Assembly: GCA_041937175.2 (NCBI GenBank)
Contig: CP166615.1
Span: 128,001-192,000, forward strand
Direction: 5' to 3'
Length of the DNA stretch: 64,000 nt
Source: Limnothrix sp. BL-A-16
GTDB lineage: Bacteria; Cyanobacteriota; Cyanobacteriia; CACIAM-69d
Shown here: positions 59,795 through 64,000 of the stretch, in pieces
Layout of the letters: each line of letters opens with the position of its first letter
Position numbering within the stretch: position 1 is the first letter of the stretch
Notes under the pieces: model-generated
Seen by the model: only the letters and a program-made list of their open reading frames with translations
Databases searched by the model: none
What the model was told of the DNA's origin: nothing
Position numbers and translations under genes: made by a program

Positions 59795-60631
59795 TTAACC
59801 GCCGCTGACCGGTGGAATTAAAACCAGTTCATCCCCATCCCGCAGCAGGGTACTATCGGGCACAAACTGAAAGTTAATGCCGAAGCGGGTCATGTTTCGC
59901 CAATGTTTCAGGTTGGGATGTTTTTGGATCATCAGGTCACAAACTTCACCGGCCGTGATGCCGGCGGGCAATTCCCAAATCAGCTCTGATTTGCCGAAGG
60001 TTTCTTGATAAACGGCAAAGAGTTTGATCGTGATCCGAATTTGGGTGGGGCCGTGGGATTGGGGGTGAATCACCTGGCTTTCGGTGCAGAAGGCTTCAAA
60101 TTGACGATCCCAAGGATCCGTGGGTAGCGCGTCTAATAGGGCAAAGTCAAAACATACGCCGATCGTGTGGGTATTGGAGCGCACCTCCGCCAACAGTCGA
60201 TCGTAGTATCCTCCCCCGTAGCCTAGCCGATAGCCCAGGCGATCGGCCCCAACGCAGGGGGCCAACACTAAATCCGCCGCCGTTGGTTCCATCACAGGCG
60301 CATCGCTAGCGGGTTCCTGAACCCCATAGGCCCCCGGTTCCAGCGGCTCGCCCGGTTGCCAGCGATGCCAAATCAGCAATTCCCCTTGGCAACGGGGCAA
60401 CACCCAGATTTTGTTGCGTCCCAACTCCGTTTGCGCCAAGGGCAAAATATCCGGCTCCAAACGATGGCTCACATAGGCAAAAATCACCTGTGCCGTTTGC
60501 CACTCTGGGAGGGACTGGATCCGATCGCGCAGGGCTGTGCTGAGGTTGTGCCATTTGTTTTGCGGCATAACCTGGCGTTGCAGTAACAGCGCTCTACGTA
60601 GCGGCTTTTTTTCTGGATTGGGACGATACAT
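59795..60631 (-). CDS. 5-formyltetrahydrofolate cyclo-ligase fused to C-terminal MoaD/ThiS ubiquitin-like domain
   Basis: KKPLRR, EPD, VLPR, YGVQEP, RLGYGGGYYDR, WDR; then ITIKLFAVYQE...DGDELVLIPPVSGG in the same frame. Confidence 0.88.
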   Translation of the reverse strand: MYRPNPEKKPLRRALLLQRQVMPQNKWHNLSTALRDRIQSLPEWQTAQVIFAYVSHRLEPDILPLAQTELGRNKIWVLPRCQGELLIWHRWQPGEPLEPGAYGVQEPASDAPVMEPTAADLVLAPCVGADRLGYRLGYGGGYYDRLLAEVRSNTHTIGVCFDFALLDALPTDPWDRQFEAFCTESQVIHPQSHGPTQIRITIKLFAVYQETFGKSELIWELPAGITAGEVCDLMIQKHPNLKHWRNMTRFGINFQFVPDSTLLRDGDELVLIPPVSGG

Positions 60632-60842
60632 GGCAGAGCGGACCCAATGCAAGCGCGGGTCTTCGATGGTAACCCAATTACCGGGCCCGAATCATGGGAA
60701 TCCGTGGGCAATTCAGGAAGATTAACGGAGATGGCTAGAAGCCACCGTTGATTACCCCTGGTCAATTTGGAGGGGGTAATCAAGGGCTGGAGTTGGCGGC
60801 CTATCCTGGAAAAAACGAGCGGTAAAGGGTGGCGCGTTGGCC

Positions 60843-62315
60843 ATGAGGCGCGATCGATTCTTGCGGTTAATGCTGGGTGGTGTGGCCGGTGCTGGTTTGG
60901 TGGGTTGCGGTCAGGGATGGGGGCTGAATGCTCGCCAATCGCCATCCCAACAAGTCCCATCAACCCAATCCCCATCAACCCAATCCTCATCAATGACAGG
61001 GCTAACGCAGACTGACTCGTCCCGCCGGGTCTTGATTATTGGAGCGGGAATTGCCGGGTTGGCCGCTGCCCGTCAGTTGCGATCGCGCGGGTGGGATCCG
61101 GTGGTGCTGGAGGGGCGCGATCGGGTCGGGGGGCGTTTGTGGTCTTTGCGACCCTCGGCCCTGAAGGGGGTGGCGTTGGACTTGGGAGCCAGTTGGATCC
61201 ATGGCATCCAGGGCAACCCGATCGCCGTCTTGGCTCAGCAGTGGCAAATTCCCACCGTGGCCACGGATGTGGAAAATCAGTGGCTTTACGACTGGGATGG
61301 TCGGTTAGTTGATGATGCCCGGCACGATCGCCTAGAGCAGGTGTTAGGGCAGTTGTTGGCTCAACAGAACCGGTTGCGGGAAAAACGTTCCACCGATCGC
61401 CCACTGCTGGCGGACTTGCAAGCCTTGGTTCAGCGGGCTAACCTCACGGCCGACGATGAACGGGCGGTTTGGATGTTGCTGAAGGGGTCGATCGAGCATG
61501 AATATGCCGGCTCAATGGCGGAGCTATCGGCCAATGAGTGGGACGCGGGCGATGGCTTTGATGGAGCGGATGTATTGTTTCCCACCGGCTACGACTCGAT
61601 CGCCCGTCGTTTGGCCAGTGGGTTGACCTTGCAACTCAACCAGGTGGTGCGCCGAATTGAGCATGGTCAACAGGGAGTCAAAATCACCACCGATCGCGGT
61701 GAATGGGTTGGGATTGCGGCCGTGGTGACCTTGCCGATCGGGGTGTTGCAGTCGGGTCAAGTGACCTTTACCCCGGCCCTGCCCGAGACCCACCAAAGCG
61801 CCATCAACCGATTGGGAATGGGCATTCTAAACAAAATCTATTTAGAATTTCCTCGCTCCTTTTGGCCCTCAGAGCCAGATTGGATCGGGTTTGTTTCCGA
61901 TCCGCCGGGTCTGTGGAATGAGTGGGTGAATTTCCAGCGGGTCAGCGATCGCCCCATTTTGCTGGGGTTTAATGCGGCTCAACAGGGCCGAGAGCTGGAA
62001 GCCCTCAGCGATGGGCAACAGGCCGCCAGTGCCCTCAAAGCCCTGCGACGGATGTTTGGCTCCAAAATTCCTGACCCGACGGCGGTTTGGGTGACCCGTT
62101 GGGGGCGTGATCCCTTTGCGGGCGGCTCCTATTCCTTCCTGCGAGTGGGGGCCACCTTGAGCGATCGCGGTCAACTGACCAAACCCGTGGCCGATCGCCT
62201 GTTTTTTGCCGGAGAAGCCACCTCCCGCAATCACGCAGCCACGGTTCACGGAGCCTACCGATCGGGTCAACGGGCTGCGGATCAGATCATGGCAATTCAT
62301 GACGGTTCTGCCTAG
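60843..62315 (+). CDS. FAD-dependent (poly)amine oxidase family lipoprotein
   Basis: MRR..FL plus lipobox LVGC; IIGAGIAGL, EGRDRVGGR, DLGASWIHG, GSYSF, FFAGEAT, TVHGAY.SG. Confidence 0.88.
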   Translation: MRRDRFLRLMLGGVAGAGLVGCGQGWGLNARQSPSQQVPSTQSPSTQSSSMTGLTQTDSSRRVLIIGAGIAGLAAARQLRSRGWDPVVLEGRDRVGGRLWSLRPSALKGVALDLGASWIHGIQGNPIAVLAQQWQIPTVATDVENQWLYDWDGRLVDDARHDRLEQVLGQLLAQQNRLREKRSTDRPLLADLQALVQRANLTADDERAVWMLLKGSIEHEYAGSMAELSANEWDAGDGFDGADVLFPTGYDSIARRLASGLTLQLNQVVRRIEHGQQGVKITTDRGEWVGIAAVVTLPIGVLQSGQVTFTPALPETHQSAINRLGMGILNKIYLEFPRSFWPSEPDWIGFVSDPPGLWNEWVNFQRVSDRPILLGFNAAQQGRELEALSDGQQAASALKALRRMFGSKIPDPTAVWVTRWGRDPFAGGSYSFLRVGATLSDRGQLTKPVADRLFFAGEATSRNHAATVHGAYRSGQRAADQIMAIHDGSA

Positions 62316-62423
62316 GTTCCGCCTTGGCTGCAATATCTTCAAAATCAGAAAACATAAAACTCCAGCATTTCAAGATCCCAGAATTTCAGAATCACAAAAC
62401 TTGCACAATCAACCCTAACTGCC

Positions 62424-62786
62424 ATGGCTACTTCAGACAAAACTTGTTCGATCGCGCCCTACTTCCAAGTTTCCTCAGAAAACCTGACTGCTTTCAAATC
62501 TATCTGCGAACAGTTGGTGGCCAAGTCACAAACGGAAGAAAAGTGCCTTTATTACGGCTTTAGTTTCCATGAAAATATGGCCCACTGCCGTGAGGCCTAT
62601 GTGGATGGAGAAGGGTTGCTGGCCCACTTGGATAACGTTGGAGATCTGTTGACAGAGGCTCTCAAATTGGCAGAATTGGTCAAACTGGAAATTCACGGCC
62701 CTGAATCTGAGTTGGCTAAATTGCGAGAGCCTTTGGCTGGTTTTAATCCCGATTTCTTTGTGCTTGAGTATGGCTTTCGGAATTAA
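62424..62786 (+). CDS. Conserved hypothetical protein (ABM/dimeric alpha-beta barrel-like)
   Basis: E..CLYYGFS, CREAY.D.EG.LAHL, LEIHGP. Confidence 0.7.
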   Translation: MATSDKTCSIAPYFQVSSENLTAFKSICEQLVAKSQTEEKCLYYGFSFHENMAHCREAYVDGEGLLAHLDNVGDLLTEALKLAELVKLEIHGPESELAKLREPLAGFNPDFFVLEYGFRN

Positions 62787-62870
62787 GGGAAGGCCAAATC
62801 CATTAAAATTCGGTGTCAAGAAAATCTGGTGTCAAGAAAATCTAGTGTCAATAATTCTGGTGTGAATCAA

Positions 62871-63257
62871 ATGGAACGCTGGTTTTTAGGGGGGGCTGGA
62901 TTTTTAGGAGCACTGGCGGTGGCGGCTGGGGCCTTCGGCAGCCATGTGTTAGCGGAAAAACTGAGCGATCGCGCCTTGGCGATTTTTGAAACGGCTGCTC
63001 GCTATCAACTCATCCATGCGCTGCTGTTGGGGTTGGTGGCGGTGGCCATGGGCACGATGCCCAAACCTGTGGCCCCGAGCCTCCCGATCGCGGGGGTGGC
63101 GGCCCTGTTGGGGATGGTGCTGTTCAGTGGCAGCCTTTACGCCCTCAGTTTCGGCGCGCCCAAAATTTTGGGTGTCATTACCCCGATCGGGGGCGTGGGT
63201 CTCATTGTCAGTTGGCTAGCGTTCGGTCTAGCGGCCTTTCAAGGCGCAAAACCGTAG
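62871..63257 (+). CDS. DUF423 (YgdD/TMEM256) membrane protein
   Basis: GAFGSH, FETAARYQLIH, LFSGSLY, ITPIGG. Confidence 0.88.
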   Translation: MERWFLGGAGFLGALAVAAGAFGSHVLAEKLSDRALAIFETAARYQLIHALLLGLVAVAMGTMPKPVAPSLPIAGVAALLGMVLFSGSLYALSFGAPKILGVITPIGGVGLIVSWLAFGLAAFQGAKP

Positions 63258-63534
63258 CCACAAGTAGGGAAATTTCGCCCCGATCGCCCGATTGTCCTTG
63301 CCCGATCGCCCGCCAATCGCGATAGAATGTAGAGGCATTCAACGATGGCTATCTACTCCCATAGCAGCCAGCTCAAGAGCGCCTAAGAATCAATTAATTG
63401 GGAATGCACTGATTAATCTATTGATTCCTGAAAGCTCAACTTAGTCTGCTGTTGCCTTACTGGAATGGCTACTGCCAAACCTGGCTCGGGGCGATCGCAA
63501 CCCTAAGAACGCTGGAAAACACTGCTAACACCAC

Positions 63535-63930
63535 GGGGCTGTCACGGTTTCGACGTGCTGGGAACAGGTACTGAGTGATGCAGGCCGAGAGCGGGCTAAC
63601 TCTCGTAAATCAATGGCTCAAAAAAGTAGATGCGAACAACATCGTTCCTTTCGCTCGCAAGACTGTGGCTGTTGCCTAAGTTTTGTAACACCTCTAACTA
63701 GACGGTTGAGCACTCGCTGTCCGACTCCGTTAAGGTCATCGAGTTTAACCCCAACGGATGCGCTGTCCGGTCTTCTTCGGTTGGCCTGCTAGCAAAGACT
63801 TTAATCGAGGCATCCTACCGCTAGGGATTAAGTAGCGGTTCCCGTCTCAAGGGTCAGCGAGACTAAGCCTGTGAATGAACAAGGTATAACTACTTGGTGC
63901 GGACGATGGGTTCGACTCCCTCCAGCTCCA
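63535..63930 (+). ncRNA. ssrA: tmRNA; tag peptide ANNIVPFARKTVAVA* at 63632-63679
   Basis: 5' GGGGCTG...TTCGAC, 3' GGGTTCGACTCCC T-arm and CAGCTCCA acceptor end; cyanobacterial-type tag ORF; CCA not encoded. Confidence 0.96.
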
Positions 63931-64000
63931 CTCCGTTGCGGTTAATCACTGATTGCTAACCAAAAGCTAGTTATCTGATTAGCAAGCCAACGAACTAACT

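Noticed and set aside
3529..62315. Polyamine theme (decarboxylase, potABCD, argD, amine oxidase)
   Set aside because: The genes are scattered over about 58 kb among unrelated loci, with no evidence of a cluster or shared motif
4492..62342. Many long antisense or alternate-frame ORFs (e.g. 4492-5193, 13064-13924, 15500-16204, 37269-37979, 42929-43678)
   Set aside because: They are shadows of GC-rich coding genes, are Arg/Pro/Gln-rich and have no family motifs
1..64000. Very frequent GCGATCGC/CGATCG words
   Set aside because: This is HIP1, a well-known cyanobacterial feature, and is used only as a taxonomic clue
63900..64000. tRNA-like 3' end as a tRNA gene or integration site
   Set aside because: It is the tmRNA acceptor/T-arm; no integrase or duplicated att sequence is visible before the window ends

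Overview
A 64-kb stretch of cyanobacterial chromosome, identified from psbD, pdhA, cobN, a tmRNA with a cyanobacterial tag and very frequent HIP1-type GCGATCGC/CGATCG sites. Most genes are housekeeping or physiology: two SAM-methyltransferases beside a type IV pilin, an Mn ABC transporter, a divergent sucrose-phosphate synthase/invertase pair, stand-alone psbD, rubrerythrin, mutL, potABCD, argD, rsmH, an RsbU/RsbW-like pair, yebC, cobN and ssrA. Four things stand out. (1) An AT-richer block of about 14 kb (21.8-36.1 kb) with a sulfur/transport theme: orphan cysA, TauE+DUF1634, two CadD-family paralogs, APC permease, LysR and an SLC13 transporter. It contains an orphan ParB-type CTPase and a recurring 26-bp operator-like motif. 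(2) Ten intergenic loci carry miniature transposon-like elements of two end-types. They share one REP-like hairpin (CAAGGGGCTTAAGCCCCTTG), nest in each other, overlap or supply gene stop codons, and one copy hosts a third element carrying a GTAG-REP. (3) A class B PBP has lost all three catalytic motifs. (4) An in-frame fusion joins 5-formyl-THF cyclo-ligase to MoaD. No CRISPR array, rRNA, tRNA, transposase or integrase was seen. All product calls come from motif recognition by eye, without database searches, and several start codons are my best estimates.
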